This document shows, in pieces, positions 37,102 to 50,425 of a DNA stretch of 64,000 nucleotides; positions within the stretch are counted from its first letter, which is position 1; every line of letters begins with the position of its first letter. The notes below the pieces were generated by a model, which saw nothing but the letters and a program-made list of their open reading frames with translations, did no database searches and was not told the DNA's origin. This DNA comes from Malacoraja senta (taxonomy: Eukaryota). A program made the translations under genes and the position numbers. The stretch lies in assembly GCA_038087875.1 (NCBI GenBank), contig CM075989.1, forward strand, positions 7,070,001 through 7,134,000, in the 5' to 3' direction.

Positions 37102-39109
37102 AAGAGGATTAATAATATGGGTTTTAAGGAGCATCTGCAAAGTTGAAGAAGGGTTAGAGGGGAATGAGATTTGGGGAGGGAATTTCAGAGTTTAGGACCT
37201 GGGGGGTGGGGGGGGGGGGGTCTGAAGAAAGAGCACATAAGACAATCTAGGGATGATTGTGCAGTTATATTTGGAAGAACTCTGATAATGCTAAGGGTTG
37301 GAGGAGACCACTGGGAAGGGATATGGCCATGGAATGATTTGAAAATACGTATCAGAATGGTACAGCTGGGGCTGGAAATGTAACCACCTTGTGAATCACT
37401 GAACATAGAACACAGGGCAGTACCGCACAGGAACAGGCCCCTTTTGGCCCACAATGTCCCTGTCAAACATGATGCCAAGTTAAACTAATCTCCTCTGCCT
37501 GCAGATCAGTTCAGTTGTACCGAGGTACAGGGAACAGGTTTTGTTGTGTGCTAACCAGTCAGCAGAAAGACAAAACATGATTACATTCAAGCCATATAGA
37601 GTGTATGGATTACATGATAAGTGAATTACGTTTAGTGCAAGGTAATGCCAGCAAAGTCCGATCAAGAATAGTCCAAGGGTCACCAATGAAGTAGATAGTA
37701 GTTCAGGATTCCTGACTGGTTGTGGTAGGATGATTCAGCTGCCTGATCACAGCTGGGAAGAAACTGTCCCTGATGATCCATATAACTAGATTATAGAACA
37801 TAGAACATACAGTGCATGAACAGGCCCATCGGCTCACAATGTCTGCACTGAACATGATGCCAAGACCAACTCTTATTTGCCTGCACATAATCCATATCCC
37901 TCCATTCCCTGCATGTCCATGTACCTATCCACAAGGTTCTTGTGCCTTCACCACATTCCAGGCACTCACCACTCTCTGCTTAAAATACTTGCCCTGCATA
38001 TCTCATTTAAACATTGCCCCTCCAACCTCAGAGCAACGCTCTCTAGTCTTTGATATTTCCACCCTGGGAAAACCATCTACCCTATCTATCCCCCTCATAA
38101 TTTCATATCAGGTCTCCATTCAGCCGCTGGATGGTTTATATCGTAGTAAAAACATGTTGACCAGTGTCTCAATTTCTGAAGTCTGAAGAAGGGCCCCGAC
38201 CCACAACATCACCCATCCTTTTTTCTCAGGATGCAGCCAGACCAGCTGAGTTACTCCAGCACTTTCTGTCTATCTTTGGTATAAACCAGCACCTGCAGTT
38301 CTTTGTTTCTACTCTCAAATTCATTTCATGGGCTCAATGAATTTTGGAGGAAGAGTGCCATTCCCTAACATTATTATAAAAGCTCTGGTGTTGCTACCTA
38401 AACGATTGCAGTTCTCAGCAGAAATGTCTTACAACTGAAAGCAGAGAGAGGAAATCTCTCATTGATTTCCAGATGACGAATCCTGTTGTAAATTCAGCAA
38501 GTGTGAGCAGTGTAGGAAGAGAGAGCGAGCTTACAATGGCCACAAAGGGTGGCAAATCAAGGTGACAGGGGCCAATACCTTCTGGGAAAGCTGGTCTAAA
38601 AATTACAGTCTTGTTCCCTACAACACATCTGGTATAAATGTTGGCAAAAGCGGCGTCACAGGAAAAAATCTCACTCGGTAGACACTGATGCAGAATCAAT
38701 GATTCTCAAACAAAAACATCATTGAGATAAAATTAATTAGTTTAGGAGGGAGATAAATTAGATCAGGGCAAGAATGCAACTCATGCAGAAATAATGACAG
38801 ATACTTTTTACACACCTTCCCTGACATTCATGTCTGTTGTCTTCAGAAAGAGAAATTGTTAGCACAATAGGAGAGAAAAAATAAACCAACCCTTTTTCAC
38901 CTCTCCTCCCAGGTCCGAAGATGGGACGACGGTTCACTAGACGACCGGATGGAGGCGACGGCTGTAACAGGCCTTTATTGCCAGCTGCAGTTGGAACTGT
39001 GGAGTGGAGCCAAACCCTGGCGACTATTGCATATGATATGTGGACTCAGTGGGCTGTTTCCATGCATTATGTACTTAACCACAGATCGTACTTATGTTTG
39101 GCAATGATT

Positions 39110-39395
39110 TTTAGTCTTTTAGAGATACAGCGTGGAAACAGGCCCTTCGGCCCACAAAGTCTGCACCAACCAGCGATCCCCGCACTTTAACACACACTAG
39201 GGACAATTTACATTTATACCAAGCCAATGTACGTTTTAGGAATGTGGGAGGAAACCAAAGGTTTTGGAGAAAACCCATGCAGGTCACGGGGAGAACGTAC
39301 AAACTCCGCACAGACAACACCCATAGTTGGGATCGAACCCAAGTCTCTGGCGCTGCAAGCGCTGTAAGGCAGCAACTCTGCGCCACCATGCTGTC
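39110..39395 (-). mobile_element. HE1-like V-SINE
   Basis: Consensus match. Confidence 0.88.
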
Positions 39396-39856
39396 CCATC
39401 TTACTAATCTTACTGATCTGTATGGGGAAAAAAAATCTCACCGTATTTCAGTACACGTGATAATAAAGGAACCACTGAATGATTCTCCTCAAAGATTCAG
39501 CAAACAGGTTTTCCCAAAGTAATCCAATCCCATACTAATTATTGACCCATTCAATGTCCGAATTATAAGCCATTGGCCAAGCATGCATTCAGTCCCCAAT
39601 CAATGAACCATTTTCTCCCTGACCCGCTGAGTTACTCCAGCATTTTGTGTCTTGTTTTCAACTGAAACAGATCTTGTTATTCATACACCAGTGGCTCCAC
39701 GTCCATCAATGTGTACATAAGCATATTGTTTATACATTGTTGGCAGGATATTTGACATTGATGTCCTCACACTCAACCTCTATCTTGTCCTTGTCTGATA
39801 TTAATATTCGCATACTTTTTAAATTGAATGACTGAGCCAAAGAAGGGAATAAGAAG

Positions 39857-40157
39857 TTTAGTTTTAGTTTAGTTTAGGGATGCAGTGTGGCAACAGGCCC
39901 TTCGGCCCACCGAGTCCGCACTGCCCAGCAATCATCCCGTACACTAGCACTATCCTACACACTAGGGACAATTCACAACCTTTACGGAAGCCAATCTGTA
40001 CGTCTTTGGAGAGTGGGAGGAAACCAGAGCACCCGGAGAAAACCCACACAGTCACAGGGAGAACGTACAAACTCCCTACAGACAACACCCGTAGACAGAA
40101 TCTAGGTCTCTGGCGCTCTAAGGCAGCAACTCTACCACTACGCCACCATGCCGCCCC
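39857..40157 (-). mobile_element. HE1-like V-SINE
   Basis: Consensus match. Confidence 0.88.
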
Positions 40158-40179
40158 TAAGGCGATATTTTTTCTCCTT

Positions 40180-40710
40180 CACTATGCTCTAGTTAAGCCT
40201 AATATCCGAGGAAGGATGTGTGTGTTTTAGAGGGTCCGGTGGAGGTTTACGAGAATGATATCAGTGATGATTGGGTTAATGTATGATGACCATTTGAAGG
40301 CTCTGGGCCTGCACTCACTGGAGCTTAGTCGAATGAGGGGGGATCTCATTAAAACCTACCAAATAATGAAAGGCCTAGATAGAGTGGACGTGGAGAGGAT
40401 GTTTCCAGGACTGGGAGAGACTAGGACCAGAGGGCACAGCAGAATTTAAGGAGAAATCATTAGAGTGGAGAAGAGGAAGAATTTCTTTAACCCAAGGGTA
40501 GCGAATCTGTGGAATTCATTACCACATATGGCCCAAGAGGTATTTTTAAAGCAGAGATTAATGGGTTCTTCATTAGTAAGGGTGTCAAAGATTACGAGGA
40601 GAAGGCAGGGGAACGGGGTTGAGAGGGAAAAATAGATCAGCCATGATCGAATGGTGGTGCAGACTCAATGGGCCGAATGGTCTAAAGCTGCTCCTGCGTC
40701 TTATGGTCTA
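40180..40710 (+). mobile_element. CR1-like LINE 3' fragment
   Basis: LKALGLHSLE..RMRGDLI.TYQI.KGLDRVDVERMFP..GETRTRGHS plus 3' UTR. Confidence 0.85.
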
Positions 40711-41312
40711 ATCGTAGCAACCAGACTGAGATAAGTTAACTCAATGGAGATCAAACCAAATAGTGACCAGGCCTGCATAGCCTAGCAACACACTGTGTAT
40801 TTATAAAGAGCAAAGTGCGTTTAAATGTCATATGTGCCGGCAATGGAACAATGCAATTTTTCCATTCTGTCCCATTTGCTTGTCGAGTCACAAGAGAAAC
40901 TCGTCACCTCCCCCTCTTTTGTGAAGCATAGTTTCCACAAGGACGATATGACTGACAAATGACTTCAGATATGCTTGTCACTCCACTGACATTATTCCCA
41001 ATATATTTCTCTTTTCTTCAATAATTAATTTGTGTTTGTCACTGAGTAGTTCTTCAGCACCCTGCTGGATTATGTACCATCGTCTGATGTAGGATGAAGG
41101 TGAGAGTGGGTGGGGAAGAGGAGAGAGGGGAAACAATAATGTCATTAGTGACATTCATTGACATTAATGACAATAAATAGTCAAAATCAACTAAATACAT
41201 TTTCCTAATGTTATGGTTGGTTTATTATTATTTTTCCCACTTGTGCTGAGATACAATGAAAAACTTTGCTCTGCATGCTATTCAAGCAAATCATAGTATA
41301 TATGAATATATA

Positions 41313-41625
41313 GGGCGGCACGGTGGCGCAGCAGTAGAATTGCTGCCTTACAGCGCTTGCAGCAGCGGAGACCCGGGTTCAATCCTGACTACGAGTGCTT
41401 GTCTGTATGGAGTTTGTACGTTCTCACCGTGACCGCGAGGGTTTTCTCCGAGATCTTCGGTTTCCTCCTACACTTCAAAGACGTACAGGTTTGTAGGTTA
41501 ATTGTCTTGGTGCAAATGTAAATTGGCCCTAGTGTGTGTAGGATGGTGTTAATGCGCGGGGATCGCTGAGCAGCGCGGACTCGCTGGGCCGAAGGGCCTG
41601 TTTCCGCGCTTTATCTCTTAAACAA
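41313..41625 (+). mobile_element. HE1-like V-SINE, full length
   Basis: GGGCGGCACGGTGGCGCAGC head, V-domain and tail. Confidence 0.9.
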
Positions 41626-41884
41626 AATTAGGTGGTAAAAAATAAAAAATAAACAGTGTAGAATATAGTGGTACAAATACAGAGAAAGCACAGTTACAAA
41701 ATAGTGCAAGGGCCACGATGCGGTTGGGAGATTGTGAATTCATCCTTAACATATGAGAGGTCCATTGAAGAGTCTGATAACAGTGGGGAAGAAACTGTTC
41801 CTGAATCTACGTTCTTTCAAATGTTTGCATCATCTGCATGATGAGAGAGGGGAGAAGAGAGAATGACCAGGGCGTGAATGGTTT

Positions 41885-42190
41885 AATTTAGATTAGCTTA
41901 GAGATAGAGTGTGGAAACAGGCCCTTCAACCCACCAAATTCATGTCGACACGCGATCCTTGCTCACCAACACTATCCCACACACATTAGGGACAGTTTAA
42001 AATCTTACCAAGCCAATTAGCCCACAAACCTGTACGTCTTTGGAGTGGTAACCAGAGCTCCTGGAGAAATCCCATGCGGTCAGAGGGAGAAGGTACAAAC
42101 TCCGCACTGGCAGCACCCGTAGTCAGAATCAAACCCGGGTCTCTGGCGCTAAAGGGCAGCAATTCTACCGCTGCGCCACTGTTCCGCCCT
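41885..42190 (-). mobile_element. HE1-like V-SINE
   Basis: Consensus match. Confidence 0.87.
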
Positions 42191-43621
42191 AATGGTCTTT
42201 GATTATGTTGGCTGCTTTTCCAAGGCAGCATGAAGTGTAGATGGAGTCAGGGAAGTAGTTAGGGTGAGGAGAGGCCGCTTTGTATGTGGGCTGTGTCCAC
42301 AACAGTCTGCAATATTTTGCGGTCTCGGGGGGGGGGGGGGGGAGCAGTTGCCACAACAAGCTGAGTTGTATTTGGATAGGATGCATTCTAAAGGTTTTGC
42401 TGTTGGCGAGCACAGATGGCTTGAAGGAAGAATTAAAAAAAACTTAAAGGTAGAAAGGAATTGTAGGGTACCTTAAGATGGTTAGTTTAAGAAGGATGGA
42501 AGGAGGCTTGAGTGTACCATGAATATAACATGATATATTTGGGCCTTTTGTGTGCATGGTTAATCCAAAATCTGATCAGTTTGGAGCAGGACCTAGATTT
42601 CCATCGTCTCCAGTTTCAAGTTAAAGTGCGTTGACATTTCTATAGCACCAGTCACAGCCTCATGATGGACTAACATACTTAGAGGCAAATAAAGTACTTT
42701 TGAAGTGAGTCAAATATAAAAATATGTTCTAATACTGCACTAAATAACTCCCAGAGGCAGCAGTGTAATATTGGCAAATAATTCAGTGATTACCGTTGGC
42801 CGGAGAATAAATCTTAGAATTAAGATATCTCCCGCCGTGTTCAATCTTTGCATGAAGTTGTCCTCAGTATTGCCCTCACAGCTAAGACATATCAGTGCCC
42901 TATAGCACAACATGGCAGGATCATTCTACAAATCCAATTATATATCCTACATTACAACACTTGCCACCTACAAGGTTACTTTGTCTGTAAACTGCTTTGG
43001 AGCATGTAAAGGTCATGAAAAGCACCAAATTCAGTATTTCTTTTCATTTTACGAGTACATTTAGCTCCTCCCTTGTCACGACTGACTACCCATTGTAAGC
43101 AGCTCCTGACACCAGTCTTTAGATTTTAGACTTTAGGCTTTAGAGATTCAGCGCAGAAACAGGCCCGTCGGCCCACCGAGTCCGCGCCAACCAGAGATCA
43201 CCCCGTACGCTCGCACTATCCTGCACGCTAGGGACAATTTACAATTTACAGAAGCCAATTAACCTACAATCCCTGGGATTCAGAGGCACATCCCAGGTAA
43301 TAATAAAACTATAACTCTGCTTCTCTTTCTGCAGTTGCTTCTCGGCTTGCTGAGACTTCCCGTCATTTCCTGTATTTATTCTTAATATTTCCCCTTGTTG
43401 GGCTGGACCTGTTCTTGCAGAAAAATAAAGAGAGGCCGTGAGATGGAACTTATTGATTTGGCCACTCAATAAACCTTCTCTGAGTCTCCCTCCTTTGATT
43501 AAAAAGGCAATGCAAAAAGGATGCTGGTGTTTAATGGCCCATGTAAAATGACTTGCACTATTATCCAAATTACCTCGATCAGTGGGCAGCACGGTGGCGC
43601 AGGAGTAGAGTTGCTGCCTTA

Positions 43622-43856
43622 AGGGCCTGTCCCAATTAGGCGACTCTTTAGGCGACTGCCAGGGACTAGTTTTAATGGAATTCACCTACGACACCTGGCG
43701 ATAACCTACGACCGCACCTTCGATAACAACTACGTCAACCTACGACAACCTACGACAGCAAAATTGTCGCTACTGGCGCCGAAAATTTTACATGTTGAAC
43801 ATTTTGCGGCAGTCGCCTGTAGTCGCCCAAAGAAGCGCCTAAGTGGGACAGGCCCA
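43622..43856. mobile_element. PIF/Harbinger-type MITE nested in an HE1-like SINE (43584-44175)
   Basis: TIR GGGCCTGTCCCA(A/C)TTAGGCG; TTA TSD; internal CCTACGAC repeats. Confidence 0.9.
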
Positions 43857-45414
43857 TTATTGTGCATATAGTGGCAGAGACCCAGGTTTGATCCCGACTA
43901 CGGGTGCTGACCAGGATTCGAAACTGACCACGGGTGCTGTCTGTGTGGAATTTGTACGTTCTCCCCGTGACCCGCGTGGGATTTCTCCGAGATCTTCAGT
44001 TTCCTCCCACACCCTAAAGACGTACAGGTTCGTAGGTTAATTGGCTTGGTATAAATGGAAAATGGTCCCTAATGTGTGTGTAGCGTAGTGTTAATGTGCG
44101 GGGATCGCTGGTCGGTGCGGACTCAGTGGGCCGAAGGACCTGTTTCCTCGCTGTATCTCAAGAACCTAAAACTAAGTAAGGAGAATTTTTAAAAGAAACA
44201 GGGATGAAAAGGCAAGGTCCCTAATGTGGAATGACGGCTAAAAAGTGTTTGGAAACTAGAAAAAAAGATAATGTTTTATTTATTTTGTAAATCATTCAAA
44301 ATCAATTTCAATCTCTCCAATGTATTAAAGAAATGGGTTTATTGAGAGACTTTACTGTGCTGCATCTTTTCTGCTGTGGATGCACTTTATGCCAGAGAGA
44401 TGTGGGAGTAAACACTACCTTTATTAATTCCTCCTTCATTAACTGATAGCTGTTGGACTTCCCAACGCAGTTTAATTGCAGCTCGTGCCATTGCATTTAT
44501 CCACTACATCACTCTTAATTCGACAAGAGCAGCGTATTCCAACTCAGTCAGCAAGTCCAGAGATGGTTCTCTAGTTAATTGCACTCACAATCCTCTTCCC
44601 TGGCCTTTCCTTATTTTCTCAGACAGGAGGAGGAAAATTAATAATCTGATTCTCGTTAACGTTGCCAAGTTGGGGGCAAAGGGTGCTGCATTTTACAGAG
44701 TTGCCTCTCAGCCCCTAATAATTCCGCACACTTGGTCGAGTCCAACATATCATTAGAGAGAGTACAACTCTTATGAAGACCTAAATCTGATAATCCTAAG
44801 GCTGGATAAGTCATTGAAAGAGGATTATGTAGACAATGCAAGCTGCTCCCCAAATATAGATGCATTCTTGTCCATTTATTTAGTTTGATTTTTTCGTGTC
44901 ATCTTTACTGCTTTCTGCTCAGGTGAAAAGGCTTTACACTTTGAGTTGGTCGTCTAGCAAATTAAGGAATGCTTCTCCAATACATAATTTCTTAAGCTGT
45001 TTGTGAAGTAGTGGGAATGAACCTGAGCTTGCCGTTAAGTCTGTTGACAGATTGGCATACAGGCTCTTTTCATCAATCATGACCATGTTTCCTGCCTGGA
45101 GATGATCCTCACTGACTGAGGTGATCATCACTGCATAATCAACAGAGATATACTTGCCCTCATTGAAAACAATGCATGTCTGCTTTCTCCTTGTCCAGCT
45201 GCAGAGGCAAGGCATTATTTACTTTGCAATATTAAACTTTGACTGCACTGCACACAATACAAAGACATTACTTTTCCGATAGGAACAAACATCTAATTTC
45301 ATGTTTCATGTATTTTGTGTTTTTATGACTGTTGGCAGATCAACTTCCCTCCTGGGATGAATAAAGTTCTATCGTATTGTATAAGAGCTACACAAAGTGC
45401 TAGCGCAACTAGCT

Positions 45415-46500
45415 CTTGGCATCTCCAAGTTTGCGGATGACACAAAGCTGGGTGGCAGTGTGAGCTGCGATGAGGATGCTATGAGGCTGCAAGGTGACTT
45501 GGATAGGCTGGTTGAGTGAGTGGGCAGATGCAGCATAATGTGAATAAATGTGAGGTTATCCACTTTGGGGGCAAGAACAGGAAGGCAGATTCTTTTCTGA
45601 ATGGTGTCAGATTAAGAAAAGGGGAAGTGCAATGAGACCCGGGTGTGCTTGTACATCAGTCACTGAAAGTAAGCATGCAGGTACAGCAGGCAGTGAAGAA
45701 AGCTAATGGCATGTTGGCCTTCATTGCGAGAGGATTTGAGTTTAGGAGCAAAGAGGTCCTATTGCAGTTTTACAGGGCCCTGGTGAGACCGAACCTGGAG
45801 TATTGTGTGCCATTTTGGTCTCCTAATTTGAGGAAGAACATTATAGCTATTGAGGGAGTGCAGCGTAGGTTCACCAGGTTAATTCCCTGGATGGCGGGAG
45901 GAACATATGATGAAGGAATGGGTCGACTGGGCTTGTATTCACTGGAATTTAGGATGAGAGGGGATCTTATAGAAACATAAACTTCTTAAAGGATTGGACA
46001 GGCTAGATGCAGGAAAAATGTTCCTGATGTTAAGGGAAACATAGAAACATAGAAAATAGGTGCAGGAGGAGGCCATTCGGCCCTTTGAACCAGCACCGCC
46101 ATTCATTGTGATCATGGCTGATCATCCACAATCAAAAACCCGTGCCTGCCTTCTCTCCATACCCCTTGGTTCCGCTAGCCCCAAGAACTCAAACTAATTC
46201 TCTTTTAAAATAATCCACAGTCCAGAACCAGGGGTCACAGTTTAAGAATAAGGGGTAGGCCATTTAGGACTGAGATGAGGAAAAATGTCTTTATCTAAAG
46301 AATTGTGAATCTGTGGAATTCTCTGCCACAGAAGGCAGTGGAGGCCATTTCACTGGATGTTTTCAAGAGAGAGTTAGATTTAGCTTTTAGGTCTAAAGGA
46401 ATCAAGGGGATTTGGGGAAAAAGCAGGAACTGAGTACTGATTTTAGATGATCAGCCATGATCATATTGAATGGCGGTGCAGGCTCGAAGGGCCAAATGAC
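45415..46500 (+). mobile_element. CR1 LINE RT-to-3' end fragment with an inverted CR1 3' UTR inserted at ~46037-46217
   Basis: SKFADDTKLGG..LQGDLDRL; KVSMQVQQAVKKANGMLAFI..LVRPNLEYCV.FWSP. Confidence 0.92.
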
Positions 46501-47500
46501 CTTTGCGGCAGAAGCTGTCACTCCCACATTGGTCTCTTCAGCTGTTCTAGCCGAGGTTTGGAGCAAGCAGCCAACAACTAGGATGCGTCACCCATGGTCA
46601 GTCATGAATGAGGGGGGCCTACGACGACACACACTAGGGACAATTTACACTTATACCAAGCCAATTAACCTGCATAGCTGTATGTCTTTGGAGTGTGGAG
46701 AAAACCGAAGATCACGGAGAAAACCCACATGGTCATGGGAAGAACGTGCAAACTCTGCACAGACAGCACCCATAGTCAGGATCAAACCTACTGCTATACC
46801 GCTGCGCCGTGATGTGTAGGAATAAACTGCAGATGCTGGTTTAAACTGAAGACAGACACAAAAAGCTGGAGTAACTCAGTGGGTCAAGCAGCATCTCTGG
46901 AAAAAAGGGATAGGTGACGTTTTGGATCGAGACCCTTCTTCAGACTGAGAGTTAGGGGAAAGGGAATCAAGAGATGTAGATGGTGATATGGAGAGATACA
47001 GGACAAATGAATGTGAAGCGGAGAACAGGAGGAATCACAGAAGGGGAGCAGTGCGAGAGAGTGCTGCAGAACTCCTGTCGAAGAGAGGAGGAGAACTTGT
47101 TCAAAGTAGGCATACATTGAGAAGATTTCACAGTGGAGCAGACAAAACCATGTTGTTTGCTACAAAAGCTTTGAGGTCTCTGAATGTTACTCTTCAATAA
47201 TTATATTCCTAGAAAGATGTTTTTATTTGCAAGCAGAGGAAGTTGAGCATTTTCCAGGCCTCATAGCAATATTACATTTATTTTTATTGAAAATGTTTGT
47301 TGAGCTGGAGACCAAACACATTTTTTACAGAGGAATGTACCGTATACCCAATGTGCACCACACTATTTTCATTCCTTCCTTGCTCCTACAATCTACTAAG
47401 TTTATACTCTTTGTTTCCCTGGATTCTTCTGCTTCTGCACTTGGGTTTTTGTCCAGGTTTCTGACTTCATAGGAACAAATCGTAATTTGGAGGAACTATT

Positions 47501-47790
47501 TGGGGCGGCACAGTGGCACAACTGGTGGAGCCTCTGCCTCACTGTGCCAGCGACCCGGGTTCAATCCCGACCTTGGATGCTGTCTGTGTGGAATTTAACT
47601 GTGTGGGTTTCCCACGGGTGCTCCGGTTTCCTGCCACATCCCAAAGATGCGCGGGTTTGCAGATGAATTGGCCCCTAGTGTGTAGGGATTAGATGAAAAA
47701 ATGGGATAAGATAGAACTAGTGTGAGCGGGTGATCAGTGATCAGCGTGGACTCGGTGGCCTGTTTCCTTATTGTATCTCTAAAGCTAAAA
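47501..47790 (+). mobile_element. HE1-like V-SINE
   Basis: Consensus match (older subfamily). Confidence 0.82.
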
Positions 47791-47919
47791 TATTGATCAT
47801 TAAACACCTCAGAACTGCTCCAATATTGAGTTAGCTCCCAGTTTGTTCTAGATCTCTGCTCTATTTTCCCCCCTTCAAACCATACATCTATGATATTGTT
47901 GCACGTTAAAAACAAAACC

Positions 47920-47995
<76 letters not shown>
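47920..47995. repeat. (GATA)n microsatellite
   Basis: Direct reading; adjoins TTTATTGTCA, so possibly the tail of a minus-strand LINE stub. Confidence 0.97.
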
Positions 47996-48459
47996 TCCTT
48001 TATTGTCATCTCATCAAATTAATCTCATCATGAAGCAGACAATTTTTGTTTTTTAAGTTTTACAAGTGAGTGCAAGGATGATGTTTCTCCTAGTTGGTAC
48101 GTCTGAGCTCAGGGGACACAGTTTCAGAATGAGGAGTGGTCCGTTAAATCTGTGATGGAGAGGAATCTCTTCATTCAGAGAGGAGTGAATCTTAGGAATA
48201 GTCGAGCCCAATTAAAATGTATTCCTTCTCCTAAATATTTAAACCAGACCAACGAATAAATGAGAGTAAAGATCTCAATTATAACTCCAGGATGTCATCA
48301 TGTGATGTTTTATGGTTTTTGATCCTGCGGCCTAGGGTATGACAATGACTACTCCGATACTCACTGTAGGGTGAACTCACATGAGATGGTTCATTTATAG
48401 TGACAAGAAGATCCAGGTTGCAGGCGGGGCACTCTGCCCCGCTATTAGTGGGCATGTGA

Positions 48460-48775
48460 GAAGGCGCTGGCCATCTTGGGCTTGTCCCGGTAGCTCAGTC
48501 CTAATCTCCAAGGAGGAAGCGTGGGCATCTCAGGCTTGTCTCAGCAGGTCACCCGAGATGCTGGCGGTCTCAGGATTACCCTGGCAGCTCAGCCCTGAGC
48601 TTGAAGAGGAGGTGCTGGTGGTCTCAGGATTACCTTGGTGGCCCAGCCTCTGTGTGTGGGCGCCTTCTCTCATTGTCTCTGGGCAGGTAAGAGGTAATGG
48701 GAATCTCAGGTTTGGCCTGGCCACTGTATGGGCTTAGAGGAGGCGCTGGTTGTCTTGGGCTCGTCCTGGCAGAGA
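48460..48775. repeat. Degenerate GC-rich minisatellite (~40-55-bp unit)
   Basis: Recurring GCTGG..(G/A)TCT(C/T)(A/G)GG..CC(T/C)GG(C/T)AGCTCAG motif. Confidence 0.65.
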
Positions 48776-48785
48776 CAGTCTCTCC

Positions 48786-48816
<31 letters not shown>

Positions 48817-49516
48817 CCTCTCCCACTGAGTCATGATATATGTCAGCGTCAAGATGTTATGCAACTTGTAAAGAAAACTTGGGAAGCTGAAGTTTCATCC
48901 AAATGACTGGAGCCATGGGATAGCATGATGCTGGCAAAGTGAGTGAACACTTAAGCACAAGGAATCTCCACTCATTTGCTACATAAATATGTAATCATAT
49001 TCACCATAATGGTAAAATAAATATTGTATGCTCCAATTGCAATGTTTACTTTTTATTAGCAGGAATTGAAAGTTAAATGAAAGTTAAATAAGTAGGGAAA
49101 AAAATGCTGAAAATGTTCGGCAGGGCATTTAGTGTGTACTGTTAATGCTTCAAGTCGATCTTTCATCAGTTCTGAAACGTTTGCTCTCTTTCTGTTCCCA
49201 CAGATGCTGACTGACTAGCTGAGTATTTTTGTATTATGTTTCAGTTTTGTGGAAGCTGCAGATATTTTACTATTGGACTAAAATAGTAGGGAGAGGTCCC
49301 ATTACCTACAATTAGAACACAATCTAAAAGCGAACCACATTCAAAGATTTCCTTTGCTCCATAAATGCTGCCTGACCCGCTGAGTTTCTCCAGCATTTTT
49401 GTTTACCTTCAAAAATGACAAGTTGTGATCTGGAAATGTAAGGGGCCTCATCTCCCATCCACCTCCTTCAATGTTATTTGGTGTTGACTCTTACCAACTA
49501 CTGACACTGTAAAGGT

Positions 49517-49570
49517 GGGGTGGGAGATTGCAACCTTCATGTGGTCCGCCCTGTTTCAACGAATGCAATC
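49517..49570 (+). ncRNA. Minimal HDV/CPEB3-like self-cleaving ribozyme (predicted)
   Basis: P1 GGGGUGG/CCGCCCU, P2 GAUUGCA/UGCAAUC, P3 ACC/GGU, L3 UUCAUGU, J4/2 CGAA. Confidence 0.8.
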
Positions 49571-49656
49571 AACCTGGCGTGCACGATCAAATAAGATCAA
49601 ATAGAACAGGTTGTCCTACAACTTTAGGCTGTGCACGCCATACGCAAGGAGAAGTA
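49517..49656 (+). mobile_element. Short retroposon with HDV-like ribozyme head and GAA-like tail, copy 2
   Basis: 14-bp TSD GACA(C/T)TGTAAAGGT (49503-49516, 49657-49670). Confidence 0.87.
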
Positions 49657-50196
49657 GACATTGTAAAGGTGCAAGATGCATGCTTCAAAACCAAATATTG
49701 AATTTTCTGAAGCACAAGGTGCTGGAGGAACTCAGAGGGTCAGGCATCATCTATGGGGGGAAAGAACAAGCAACGTTTCGGGTCAGGACCCTCCTTCAGA
49801 CCGCTGTGATTCCCAGTGCTCGCCAGCTGTTCAACCATTTTCTGACCCAGACTCGCTACTACAGCCATTGTGTCTTTCCTCAGCACTCGATTTACACACA
49901 AGAGTCTGAAGAAAAGGTCGCGACCCGAAACGTTATTTGTCCATTCCCTCCGGAGATGCTGCCAGACCCGCTGACTTCCTCCAGAACTTTGTGCTTTGCT
50001 CAAGTTTCCAACATCTACAGTTTCTTGTGCCTCCATATGATTTTCTATTTCAGCTTTGGTACTGAGGATGCTTGAATGACATTAGAACAAGATCAGTTGG
50101 GGAAAAAAAGGTTTAATAGGTAATAATTTTGCCCAGAGAACCATTATCACCTGAGCACATCAGGTTAAGAAAATATAACATTCTAGAAATAGTTTT

Positions 50197-50425
50197 TTTA
50201 GTTTAGTTTAGAGATACAGGCCTTTCGGTCCACCGGATCCACACCGACCAGCAATCCCCGCACATTAACACTATCCTACACACACGAGGGACAATTTACA
50301 TTTATACCAAGCCAATTAACCAACATACCTGTACGTCTTTGGAGTGTGGGAGGAAACCGGCGCTCCTGGAGAAAACCCACGCGGTCACGGGGAAAACATA
50401 AAACTCTGTACAGACGGCACTGTGC
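50197..50425 (-). mobile_element. HE1-like V-SINE (partial)
   Basis: Consensus match. Confidence 0.85.

Noticed and set aside
38902..39080. Plus-strand acceptor (ctctcctcccag) followed by an ATG ORF
   Set aside because: No recognisable protein or donor; runs into SINE-tail-like sequence, so more likely a decayed repeat
41313..41400. tRNA gene-like A/B boxes here and in ~30 other places
   Set aside because: Heads of tRNA-derived SINEs that run on into the V-domain and LINE tail; no complete cloverleaf
48460..48775. CRISPR-like repeat-spacer appearance
   Set aside because: Vertebrate context, degenerate repeats, irregular period, no cas genes
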